Positions 19,105-28,098 of a DNA stretch of 64,000 bases are shown one piece after another (position 1 is the stretch's first letter; the number at the start of each line of letters is the position of its first letter). The DNA is from an uncultured bacterium (GTDB lineage: Bacteria > Edwardsbacteria > AC1 > EtOH8). The notes under the pieces are model-generated. The model had not been told where the DNA came from and made no database searches. It saw nothing but the letters and a program-made list of their open reading frames with translations. The stretch spans positions 1 through 64,000 of the forward strand of contig CAWAAX010000004.1 in the NCBI GenBank assembly GCA_963780225.1. Reading direction: 5' to 3'. A program made the translations under genes and the position numbers.

Positions 19105-21639
19105 ATGAATAAAGGCGGAAATATACTTATTGCCTTTTTGCTGATATCCAGTGTAATATCAATTGCGAAGGCTGATAGCCTGATCGTCAACCCTCATCTG
19201 GCCTGCGATCCGGCCATTGCTTCTATGACCGCCCAGGTTGATACTTTATCACTCAAGTATTATATGGAAGGCCTGCAGTCATTTTTCAACCATAGCATAT
19301 TTAGGACAAACCACGACAGTACGGCGCTCTGGCTGAGGGATCAATTCCTGGCTACCGGGATCAGCGACGTCAAGCTGGATTCGTTCTATCATCCGCTGGC
19401 AAATAAATACGGTTACAATATAGTGGCAACAATTCCTGGTTTAAATGACACGTCGATCGTTTATATCGCCGGCGGGCATTGGGATGCCGGTGGCAGTATC
19501 AATCTTAACGGCGATACCAGTTACAGTCCGGGAGCGGACGATAACGGTTCCGGGACCACGGCGGTGCTGGAGATGGCTAGATTGCTGGCGTTACCGGGCA
19601 ACCGCCCAAACTGTACGGTTAGGTTTATCGCCTTTGATGCCGAGGAAAGCGGTTTGTTGGGGAGCCTCCATTATGCCGGCGAGGCATATCAGCAGAACAT
19701 GAATATCGGTCTGATGAGTAATTATGATTGCATAGGCAGTTGGTTAAACGATACACTTTGTGCTTCCCAACCAGACTCCGGATCGGAGGTCTTTGCCTAT
19801 TTGCTGTGCTGGTCTACAGAGAAATACGGAAACGATGGCAACGACAGCATGAGAGCTGTGATCCACGGAAACGGAATGAGCGACAATTATAGCTTTCAGG
19901 AGTTGGGGTTCCCAACCACTTTCAGCCAAGAATACAACCTAAATATGGATATTATCCATTCATCGCATGACAGCACGACCTATATCAATTATCCGGCCAT
20001 GGCCAATATCATTCGAGGAGGGTTAGGGCTAATGGCCACCGTATCAAATTATCCCCGAACTTCTCAGCCGGTGGTGATAGAAGTCGGTAGCGGAACAGAC
20101 CTTTTCGTTACCTGGCCGCCGGATACATTCGGCAATGTGGTGGCTCACAAGACCTACTGGGGACGAAGTTCGGGGGAGTATAGCGATTCGGTAACCACCG
20201 GATACAAAGAAAGCCTGATCTCCGGTTTGACGGCCGACAGTCTGTATTATATTGGGGTGGTTGCAATAGATGACCAGGACAGACCGAGCCCGTTGATCAA
20301 TGAAGTGACCGCCACGCCGAGATATGCCACAGCCCCCAAGGCCCCGTCCGATCTGACCGCCACGCCCATTGATTCAGGGATAGTTGTAGTTTGGAACCGT
20401 AACTACGAGCTTGACCTGGCGGGCTACCGGATATACCGCCGGACCGATAGTACTGAGGTGTACGACAGCCTTAATGCCGGCCTGACATTGGATACCACCT
20501 ACACCGATAAACCATTGGGCGGGGATAATAAGTACTATTACTATGTCAAGGCCATAGACAATGACGGCAACAACAGCCCGGGGAGCGATACCATCCCCGG
20601 CCGTCCGATCACCATGGACCAGGGGATCCTGTTGGTGGACGAAACGGATGATATGCCGTACGGGGGCGCGACCGGGGATACCAGCGCCGAGACAAGCCAG
20701 GATAGTTTGTATCATTATGTTTTAGGGGATAATCAATACCGGGAGTACGAGTATAACAGCGGCAATTCCAAACCGGAATATATAGATTATACCCCCTATG
20801 GTATGGTGATATGGGTGGCGGATGATTATAGCGAACTGCTGGCTTGGGAATGCTTGGAGGGTTTGAAGAAATATCTGGATATAGGGGGCAGGTTGCTGTT
20901 GGCCGGCTGGAAACCGAGTATGGACCTGAGAGATACCTTTACCTATCCCTATCCGGTAGATTTTGGGGCCGGGACTATTTTATATGATTACTTCCACATA
21001 AGCCATATAGACATTTCTACCACGGTTGACAGTTTTTTGACGGCCCAGGGGTTGTTGAACTACCCCGGCATACCGGTTGATGCGGCAAAATACCCGGTAA
21101 ATACCTGGGGTGGTACGCTGAGATATGTGGAGTTGCTGACGCCGGTGGCCCCGGCCGAAGGGATCTATTCCGCGGACTTTAAGAACGATAACAGCGTCCA
21201 TCAGAATAAAGTCTGCGGGGTAAGGTACCTGGGAGATGATTATAAGACCTGTTATCTGGGATATCCCCTGTATTATATGGAAAAGGACCAGGTTAAGATC
21301 CTGATCGAAAGAGTGCTGGATGATTTTAATGGAGTGCAGAACGATCCACTGCCGGTAACATATGTAGCCGGGCTGCAACAGAATGCTCCCAATCCGTTCA
21401 GTCAATACACTGCTATTAGTTATCAATTAGAAAAACCAGGGTTGGTCAATATGAAAATCTACAACATAGTTGGCCAGGTGGTGAAGACATTGGTCCATGG
21501 TGAACATCTGTCCGGGAGCTATACTGTCAGATGGGACGGCCGGGATGATAAAGGCTTTAAAGTCAGCAACGGGGTCTATGTCTACAAACTGGAAGCCGCA
21601 GGGATAAAAGGCACTAAAAAAATGCTTTTGCTGCGATAG
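19105..21639 (+). CDS. Secreted M28-family peptidase-FN3-FlgD (paralog 3, lacks the N-terminal pro-region)
   Basis: GGHWDA, GADDNGSG, AEESGLLGS, NYDCIG, IHSSHD; QNAPNPF tail. Confidence 0.88.
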   Translation: MNKGGNILIAFLLISSVISIAKADSLIVNPHLACDPAIASMTAQVDTLSLKYYMEGLQSFFNHSIFRTNHDSTALWLRDQFLATGISDVKLDSFYHPLANKYGYNIVATIPGLNDTSIVYIAGGHWDAGGSINLNGDTSYSPGADDNGSGTTAVLEMARLLALPGNRPNCTVRFIAFDAEESGLLGSLHYAGEAYQQNMNIGLMSNYDCIGSWLNDTLCASQPDSGSEVFAYLLCWSTEKYGNDGNDSMRAVIHGNGMSDNYSFQELGFPTTFSQEYNLNMDIIHSSHDSTTYINYPAMANIIRGGLGLMATVSNYPRTSQPVVIEVGSGTDLFVTWPPDTFGNVVAHKTYWGRSSGEYSDSVTTGYKESLISGLTADSLYYIGVVAIDDQDRPSPLINEVTATPRYATAPKAPSDLTATPIDSGIVVVWNRNYELDLAGYRIYRRTDSTEVYDSLNAGLTLDTTYTDKPLGGDNKYYYYVKAIDNDGNNSPGSDTIPGRPITMDQGILLVDETDDMPYGGATGDTSAETSQDSLYHYVLGDNQYREYEYNSGNSKPEYIDYTPYGMVIWVADDYSELLAWECLEGLKKYLDIGGRLLLAGWKPSMDLRDTFTYPYPVDFGAGTILYDYFHISHIDISTTVDSFLTAQGLLNYPGIPVDAAKYPVNTWGGTLRYVELLTPVAPAEGIYSADFKNDNSVHQNKVCGVRYLGDDYKTCYLGYPLYYMEKDQVKILIERVLDDFNGVQNDPLPVTYVAGLQQNAPNPFSQYTAISYQLEKPGLVNMKIYNIVGQVVKTLVHGEHLSGSYTVRWDGRDDKGFKVSNGVYVYKLEAAGIKGTKKMLLLR
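20461..21468 (+). repeat. ~1 kb near-identical direct repeat, copy B
   Basis: Matches 17925-18932. Confidence 0.95.
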
Positions 21640-21642
21640 CAG

Positions 21643-21672
21643 TTGACGGGGGCGGGCTAATTTTGCTATAAT
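21643..21672 (+). promoter_or_regulatory. Promoter for tRNA-Ile2
   Basis: TTGACG-18-TATAAT with extended TG. Confidence 0.65.
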
Positions 21673-21690
21673 TAAAGCCTATTTCAGGCT

Positions 21691-21766
<76 letters not shown>

Positions 21767-21878
21767 GACTACGCTATAATAGCAAATATTTTCAGCCAGC
21801 TTCGTCTGGCGCGCCAGAATACGCATGGCGGCTACATCATTTGCCGGTTACGTCCGGCAGGCCAGACTACGCAATAAG

Positions 21879-21922
21879 AAGAGGCGGAGATTTGTTTTAC
21901 AAATCTCCGCCTCTTTGTTTTT
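21879..21922. terminator. Bidirectional terminator
   Basis: aagaggcggagatttgt-ttt-acaaatctccgcctctt. Confidence 0.8.
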
Positions 21923-21940
21923 AAGGCAATGCAGTAATTG

Positions 21941-22393
21941 TTATAAACCTATATTTTCTTTATTCCCCATGTATGAACCAGCACCGGGGAATTGGTCTTT
22001 AACTAAGTTCATAAATTTATCGGAAAAATCATATAAGGCTAACTCATCGATTGGAACCATTTTTACATCCGTGATTGGATTTTCGTCAAATTCGTTAGAG
22101 GGTAATCTAATTGTACCGCTAACTCTCTCAATTAGGAAAGATATATGCAAAAGCGGTGGATCGGTCTCAGGTTTTTCACATAAATATAACAATTTGACTA
22201 TCTTTGTCCTTAAACCAGTCTCTTCCTCCATCTCTCTTATAAGGCCATCCCCACTTTCTTCCCCCTTCTCAACCCGTCCTCCGGGAAGTGACCACGCTCG
22301 TTTATCGGATAACATTTGCTTTACAATTAATAATTTCCCATCTTCAATAAGAATTCCAGCAACCCTTGCTTGAAGCAGATAATTATCATTCAT
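21941..22393 (-). CDS. NUDIX hydrolase
   Basis: Nudix box GGRVEKGEESGDGLIREMEEETGL; AT-rich. Confidence 0.92.
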   Translation of the reverse strand: MNDNYLLQARVAGILIEDGKLLIVKQMLSDKRAWSLPGGRVEKGEESGDGLIREMEEETGLRTKIVKLLYLCEKPETDPPLLHISFLIERVSGTIRLPSNEFDENPITDVKMVPIDELALYDFSDKFMNLVKDQFPGAGSYMGNKENIGL

Positions 22394-23963
22394 AATGCTT
22401 TCCTCCGTATACTTCTTTTCCGCCGATAAATGTCCTTTTTACCTTTAACCGCCCGATCGCATCTGTTTTTATCTGAAATATGTCTTCGGGCAGGCAGATG
22501 AAATCAGCCAGCTTGCCCGGTTCCAAGGTACCCTTGACCGCTTCATCATTGGAAGCATAGGCCGCATTGACTGTATAGGCCCTGACCGCATCTTTGATAG
22601 TGATCCTCTCTTCTTTGCGGCAAACTGCCGCCTGGATGGCCGGCCAGGGGTTGGGGGACTCTATAGGGGTGTCGGAACCGAAGGCCAGCCTGGCCCCGGT
22701 CCTGGACAGCGAGCCGAAAGGATAGGCATACCGTCCCCTTGCTCCCCAATGCTTGCTGATGAGGTCCCGGTCCGATGGATAATGAACGGGCTGGACCGAT
22801 GCGATGAGGCCCAGTTGACCGAACCGGGCGATGTCATCCGGGGCCACCAGCTGGCAGTGTTCGATCCGGTGACGCAATTTGGGGTTCAGGTCGCGGACCC
22901 TTTCGAATATGTCCAGGGCCAGGCGGTTGGCGGCATCGCCGATGGCGTGTACCGCGCAGGCGATCCCGTTCCGGGAGGCGGCGGTCACCAAAGAGAGAAG
23001 CTGGTCCTGGTCCATGGCCAGGATCCCCCGGGAGCGGCTGTTCTGGTAGGGATCCAGCATCAGGGCGGTCTGCGATCCCAGCGAGCCGTCAATGAACAGC
23101 TTGAGCCCCCCGAACTTCAACTTTTCATCCCCGAACCCCGACCGGATGCCCAGCGATATCAGATCTTCCAATGACTGATGCCTTAAGTAGCATACGGCAG
23201 ACAGCCTTAAAGCGCCTTCGTTTTTCAGGTCCTGCAGGGCCTGGAACTCTTCGCTGGTCTCCATGGTGTGAAAACCGGTGAATCCCATCCCGGCCAGGGA
23301 TCTTTGCCCGGCCGCCAGGGCCTGCCGGTATTCCGGCCAGGAAGGCTTGGGGATCTGCAGATAACAGGCATTGGCGGCCTCCTCCCGCAGCAGGCCGGTC
23401 AAACTCCCCCTGGCGTCAAGCTCCACCACGCCGCCGGTGTTAGCCTGGGTGCTGCGCGACAAACCCAGGGCCTTGATGGCGGCGCTGTTCACCCACCCGG
23501 TGTGCCAGTCCTTGCTCCACAAAAACACCGGGTTGGAAGGAGCTATGGCGTCAAGATCGTTTTTATGGGGCAGGCGGGCTTCGGCCCAGATGTTCTTGTT
23601 CCAGCCGGTGCCGATGATCCACTGCCCCGGTCTTTTTCCCTGGAGATAAGAGCAGACCTTTTCCTGGCAGCCCTTTAGCGATCCGATCCCGTCCAGATTG
23701 GGCCGGGTGAGCATCAGGGAATAGCCGCAAAAATGGGTGTGACAGTCGGTGAAGCCCGGCAGGACGGTCATTCCCTGAAGGTCTATGATCTCCGGCTTCA
23801 ATGATCTGTATCCGGCCAGCAGATCTTTTTTGGCGCCCACCGCCAGGATGGTCCCGGTAAAAGCGTCGCAGGCCAGGGCCTCGGCCGTGTTTTTGTCCGC
23901 AACGGCATGGATCCTGGCGTTGGTGAAGATCCTGACCGTTCCGGCCTTAGGCGTTCTCTTCAT
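22386..23963 (-). CDS. Amidohydrolase family 3 (YtcJ-like)
   Basis: PGFTDCHTH, KLFIDGSLGS, HAIGD, RIEHCQ, GSDTP, GKLADF; start taken at MKRTPK. Confidence 0.9.
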   Translation of the reverse strand: MKRTPKAGTVRIFTNARIHAVADKNTAEALACDAFTGTILAVGAKKDLLAGYRSLKPEIIDLQGMTVLPGFTDCHTHFCGYSLMLTRPNLDGIGSLKGCQEKVCSYLQGKRPGQWIIGTGWNKNIWAEARLPHKNDLDAIAPSNPVFLWSKDWHTGWVNSAAIKALGLSRSTQANTGGVVELDARGSLTGLLREEAANACYLQIPKPSWPEYRQALAAGQRSLAGMGFTGFHTMETSEEFQALQDLKNEGALRLSAVCYLRHQSLEDLISLGIRSGFGDEKLKFGGLKLFIDGSLGSQTALMLDPYQNSRSRGILAMDQDQLLSLVTAASRNGIACAVHAIGDAANRLALDIFERVRDLNPKLRHRIEHCQLVAPDDIARFGQLGLIASVQPVHYPSDRDLISKHWGARGRYAYPFGSLSRTGARLAFGSDTPIESPNPWPAIQAAVCRKEERITIKDAVRAYTVNAAYASNDEAVKGTLEPGKLADFICLPEDIFQIKTDAIGRLKVKRTFIGGKEVYGGKHYE

Positions 23964-25902
23964 TGTAATGTTCCCAGCGGTCATAGAGATATTTAAGCTC
24001 TTTGCGGTTCTTGTCAAAATCGTTCATCAGTTCTTTCATCTTCGCCCCGTCCTTGTAAATGGCGGGATCGGCCAGGCCGCCCTGGCCGGACTCCAGGGAC
24101 TTCTGCTTCTTTTCCAGCAAATGGATCCGTTCCTCGAGTTCGGCCACCATCCGCTTGTTCTTCCGCTGTTCGGCCGCCTGTTGGGACCGTAGTTTCTTGG
24201 ACTCCTCCCACAGCGGCCTGTCCGGGGGAAGTTTGGCGGCAGTAGCCTTTTCCCTGACCGGCTGGGGGGCCGCCGCAGCGCCCTGGGCCAGCAGGGATTC
24301 TTTTTTCTCCAGATACTCGGTGTAGTTGCCGGGGAATATTCCGATCCGGCCGCCGGCCACTTCCACCACGGTGTCCACCACCTGGTCCAGCAGGTAGCGG
24401 TCGTGGGTCACCAGCACCACGGCGCCCTGATACTCCTGCAGGGCCTGCTCCAGGATCTCCTTGCCCTTCAGGTCCAGGTGGTTGGTGGGCTCGTCCATGA
24501 TCAATAGGTTGGCCGGCAGCAGCAGGGTGCAGCACAGGGCCAGCCGTGATTTTTCGCCTCCGGACAGCACCGAGATCTTCTTGTATACGTCGTCGCCGGG
24601 GAAGAGGAAGGAACCCAGGATGGTGCGGATCCGGCCCGGGGTTTCCAGCGGGATCACGTCCTCCACCTGCTGGTAGACCGTCTTCTTGTCGTCCAGCATC
24701 TCGGCGGTGTGCTGGGCAAAATAGGCCAGGTGCAGTTGGGGCGATTCCACCATCTCCCCGGAGGTGGGGGCTTCCACCCGGGCCAGCATCTTCAGCAGGG
24801 TGGACTTGCCGGCCCCGTTCAACCCCACCAGACCCAGCTTGCGGCCGTTCTCCACCAGCAGGTCCACATTATTCAAAACCTGTTTGGAGCCGTAATGCTT
24901 GGAGACATCCTTCAGGGTCACCATGTTGCGCCCGCAATAGGGGGGCTGGGGCAGGTTCAGCCGGAAGCTCTTGACGGTGGAGGGCAGGTCCACCCGCTGC
25001 TGCTGGAGTTTCTCGATCATCTTCTCCCGGCTGGTGACCATGGCCCGCTTGATGTAGTTGCCCTTCCAGCGGCAGACGAATTCCTTTAAATGCGCGATCT
25101 CCTTGTCCTGCTCCACCTGCTGCTTGATCATCTGCTCCCGGCGCTTTTCCTTCTCGGTCAGATATCCGGAATAGTTGGAGTGGTAGATGTCCAGCCGGCC
25201 GTGCTCCAGTTCAAAGATCTTCTTGACGGTGCGGTCGATGAAATAACGGTCGTGGGAGATCATCACCGCGGTGCCCTTGAAACTTTTCAAAAAACCCTCC
25301 AGGTATTCCATGGACTCGATGTCCAGGTGGTTGGTGGGCTCGTCCAGGAACAGATAGGAGGGGTCCTGCAGCAGCAGCTTGACCAGGGCCAGCCGCATCT
25401 GCCAGCCCCCGGAGAAGGTCTCCACCGGGCGGGAGAAATCGTCCTCGGAGAAGCCCAGCCCCTGGAGCACCGACTTGGTGCGGCTTTCCAGCTGGTAGCC
25501 GTCCTGGCCCTCGAACAGGTGATGCAGCTCGCCGTAGCGCTCTATCACCGCCGGCAGTTCCGGGTCGTGCTGGGACATGGCGGCCATCAGGTGGGACAGC
25601 TCCTCGGCCTCGTCCCGCATGGCATGGCGGTCGGCAAAGACGGAGGAGGCCTCCTCCAGCACCGTCCGGCCCTTAAAGACCACCTCCTGCTGGGGCAGGT
25701 AGCCGGTGCGCATCTTTTTGGCCGAGGCCACCCCCCCGGTGGTGGGGCTCTGGAGCCCCAGGGCGATCTTGAACAGGGTGGTCTTGCCGGCGCCGTTGGG
25801 ACCCACCAGGGCGATGCGCTCGGAAAGCCCGATGTTCCAGGTGATGTCCTTGAAGAGGACCTTTTCGCCGAAGGAGACCGATATGTTGGATAGTTGTATC
25901 AT
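23947..25902 (-). CDS. ABC-F translation-factor ATPase with C-terminal coiled-coil extension
   Basis: Two NBDs (GPNGAGKTT, FSGGWQMR, DEPTNHLD; GLNGAGKST, LSGGEKSR), no transmembrane segments. Confidence 0.93.
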   Translation of the reverse strand: MIQLSNISVSFGEKVLFKDITWNIGLSERIALVGPNGAGKTTLFKIALGLQSPTTGGVASAKKMRTGYLPQQEVVFKGRTVLEEASSVFADRHAMRDEAEELSHLMAAMSQHDPELPAVIERYGELHHLFEGQDGYQLESRTKSVLQGLGFSEDDFSRPVETFSGGWQMRLALVKLLLQDPSYLFLDEPTNHLDIESMEYLEGFLKSFKGTAVMISHDRYFIDRTVKKIFELEHGRLDIYHSNYSGYLTEKEKRREQMIKQQVEQDKEIAHLKEFVCRWKGNYIKRAMVTSREKMIEKLQQQRVDLPSTVKSFRLNLPQPPYCGRNMVTLKDVSKHYGSKQVLNNVDLLVENGRKLGLVGLNGAGKSTLLKMLARVEAPTSGEMVESPQLHLAYFAQHTAEMLDDKKTVYQQVEDVIPLETPGRIRTILGSFLFPGDDVYKKISVLSGGEKSRLALCCTLLLPANLLIMDEPTNHLDLKGKEILEQALQEYQGAVVLVTHDRYLLDQVVDTVVEVAGGRIGIFPGNYTEYLEKKESLLAQGAAAAPQPVREKATAAKLPPDRPLWEESKKLRSQQAAEQRKNKRMVAELEERIHLLEKKQKSLESGQGGLADPAIYKDGAKMKELMNDFDKNRKELKYLYDRWEHYNEENA

Positions 25903-25999
25903 TTGTATGGTGATTTTAGCATAAATGACTATCTAACTTGATCAGAAAAAGTAGAAAGAATATAGTGAATATGGTAAAAACGCAAGTTTTACCCGGTTA

Positions 26000-26255
26000 T
26001 GTTCTTTTCTTTTTGTGCCGCCAAAAAGCAAAGAACCAAAAGAAAAAGCTCGTCGCTTAAAACTCTCCGGGCCACGCTTACGCTAAAGCTCCCGCCTACG
26101 CCCCTGCTTCGGCGGACAGGTCAGCGGGCCCGCGTTGCGCTTCTCGTTGATGACGGGCTTGTCTGAACTCGGGCTTTGGCCAAGCCCTCAAACAGGCCAG
26201 ACAAGCTTTTAACCGCCATCAACTACGATGCTCACTGATCGTTTTAACGCGACAA
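26000..26255. repeat. Structured intergenic element with nested palindromes (MITE/REP-like)
   Basis: ttctttt...aaagaaccaaaagaaaa hairpin; cccgcctacgcccctgcttcggcggacagg unit also at ~63316; gggctttggccaagccc hairpin. Confidence 0.45.
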
Positions 26256-26354
26256 CCGTGGTCGGTACCTATTGGTTTCCATGTCTCCTGAGCTGATTGG
26301 ATAATCATTTTAGCATATTTCCCAAAAACTTGCAAACAGCCTTTGCGGCGGGCG

Positions 26355-27953
26355 CTATGAAACCGGGTTTCGATCCAAGGGCACCATCCTGGTGGCCAGC
26401 TTGCCGGTAAGATAGCGGTCGTGGCTTACCATCAAAATGGTTCCGGCATACTCCAACAGGGCCCGCTCCAAGGCTTCGGTTGAATCGATGTCCAGATGAT
26501 TGGTCGGCTCGTCCAGCAGCAGCACGTTGGCTCCGGATAAAAGCAGACGGGCCAAAATTATCTTGGCCCGTTCCCCGGCCGAGAAGTGATCGGTGGTCTT
26601 TAAAACGTAGTCCTCCCGCAGCATCAGGGCTCCCAAAAAGGTCCAGGCCTGCTCGGCCGTGCAGCCGCATTTCATCACTTCTTCCAAGGCCGTGGCCGCC
26701 GGGTCCAGGACCAATTGTTCCTGGGGATAGTATCCCAGCACCGCCCGTTTGGCCCAGCGGAACTGTCCGGCATCGGGTTTAAGCTCCCCGGCCAGGACCT
26801 TGATCAGGGTGCTTTTGCCGCAGCCATTGGGGCCGGTGATGGCCAAACGTTCCCCCTGGTGGAGGTCAAGGGAAAGGTCTGTCAGCACGGGATGGCTGCC
26901 GTACCTCTTGGCCAGGCTATCAGCGGTCAGGGCATAACCCGGTAATTTGTCAATTTGCGGGAACTTCAGCTTAACCCGCTTTTCCACGAAAGGCTTGTCA
27001 GCCTTTTCCCTCTCCAGCTTCTGCTCGATCTTGGTCCTTACCGCTTTGGCCCGCCGGGCCATTTTCTTGGCGTAGCGCTTGGCCTTGTCGTCGGGCTGCT
27101 TGTCGCCCGGCTCCCGTTTCCATCCCCGCTCGGTGCGTTGCGACCAGGCCATCCGGGCCGTGGCCTCGGTCTCCAGTTTGCGAATGGTCTTGTTATGCAG
27201 TTCGTATTCCTGCCATTGCCGCCCCTCCCGGGCCAGCCTTAATGCCGCATAGGAATCATAATTGCCGGGATACTCGTGCAGGCTGCCCCGGCGCAGGTCC
27301 AGTATCCGCCCGGCCACCCGGTTCAAAAAATACCGGTCGTGGGAAACGATCAGGGCCGCGCCCTTGAAGGCCAGCAAAAATTCCTCCAAAAATTCCCGGC
27401 CGGCCAGGTCCAGGTGGTTGGTGGGCTCGTCCAGAAAGAGGACCTCCGGGTCCGAGAGGATGGTCCGGGCCAGCCAGGCCCGGGAGCGCTGGCCGCTGCT
27501 GAGATCATTCAACGGCTGGGCCCACTGGGCGGGGGTGAAACCAAAACCTTTAAGCGTTCTTTCGACCCTGGCCCGAAAACGGGCTTTTTCTTTGTCCAGT
27601 CCGGCATCAGGCCCAAGATAATTTTCTCGGTCCCCGCTTTCCCGGTCTGGCATAAGAGCCGGCTGTTCCGGGTCGGCGGAACATAGGAAGGTATATAGAT
27701 CCACAGCCATTTCCACATCAGTCTGCTGCGGCAAGTATCCGTAACTGGATACTTGGCTTGATCGGATGACTGACCCGTTGGATGGTTCCAGTTCGCCGCA
27801 AATGATCCGGAGCAGGGTGGTCTTGCCGCAGCCGTTGGGTCCAATCAGGCCGGCCTTTTCCCCCGGGTCGAGGCTGAAACTGATGTTCTGAAATACCGGG
27901 TGATCGCCGTAATCCCAGGAATGGGAGATATCATTAACGTTTATAATGGACAT
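26355..27953 (-). CDS. ABC-F ATPase, ribosomal-protection (VmlR/Vga/Lsa-like) type
   Basis: Two NBDs, no transmembrane segments, extended basic linker EYELHNKTIRKLE...WSQRTERG...KAKRYAKKMARRAKA. Confidence 0.8.
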   Translation of the reverse strand: MSIINVNDISHSWDYGDHPVFQNISFSLDPGEKAGLIGPNGCGKTTLLRIICGELEPSNGSVIRSSQVSSYGYLPQQTDVEMAVDLYTFLCSADPEQPALMPDRESGDRENYLGPDAGLDKEKARFRARVERTLKGFGFTPAQWAQPLNDLSSGQRSRAWLARTILSDPEVLFLDEPTNHLDLAGREFLEEFLLAFKGAALIVSHDRYFLNRVAGRILDLRRGSLHEYPGNYDSYAALRLAREGRQWQEYELHNKTIRKLETEATARMAWSQRTERGWKREPGDKQPDDKAKRYAKKMARRAKAVRTKIEQKLEREKADKPFVEKRVKLKFPQIDKLPGYALTADSLAKRYGSHPVLTDLSLDLHQGERLAITGPNGCGKSTLIKVLAGELKPDAGQFRWAKRAVLGYYPQEQLVLDPAATALEEVMKCGCTAEQAWTFLGALMLREDYVLKTTDHFSAGERAKIILARLLLSGANVLLLDEPTNHLDIDSTEALERALLEYAGTILMVSHDRYLTGKLATRMVPLDRNPVS

Positions 27954-28012
27954 ATGGCCCTCAATAAATGAAGGTTGACTTTTTTAGCCAGGCCATATTG
28001 TACAGGCCCGGA

Positions 28013-28030
28013 TCAGAATATGAGTATCAT
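28013..28030 (-). CDS. Putative uORF/leader peptide MILIF
   Basis: CAGGAG-6nt-ATG ATA CTC ATA TTC TGA, ~60 nt upstream of the ABC-F start. Confidence 0.5.
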   Translation of the reverse strand: MILIF

Positions 28031-28098
28031 GGTTTGCTCCTGGATGTTGTTTAAAAAGATTCGTATTTCTTTAGTTATTGATCACGGCAAACAATTTA

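Noticed and set aside
17925..21468. Diversity-generating retroelement template/variable repeat pair
   Set aside because: The repeat is ~1 kb with both copies coding, differences are not adenine-specific, and no reverse transcriptase is in the window.
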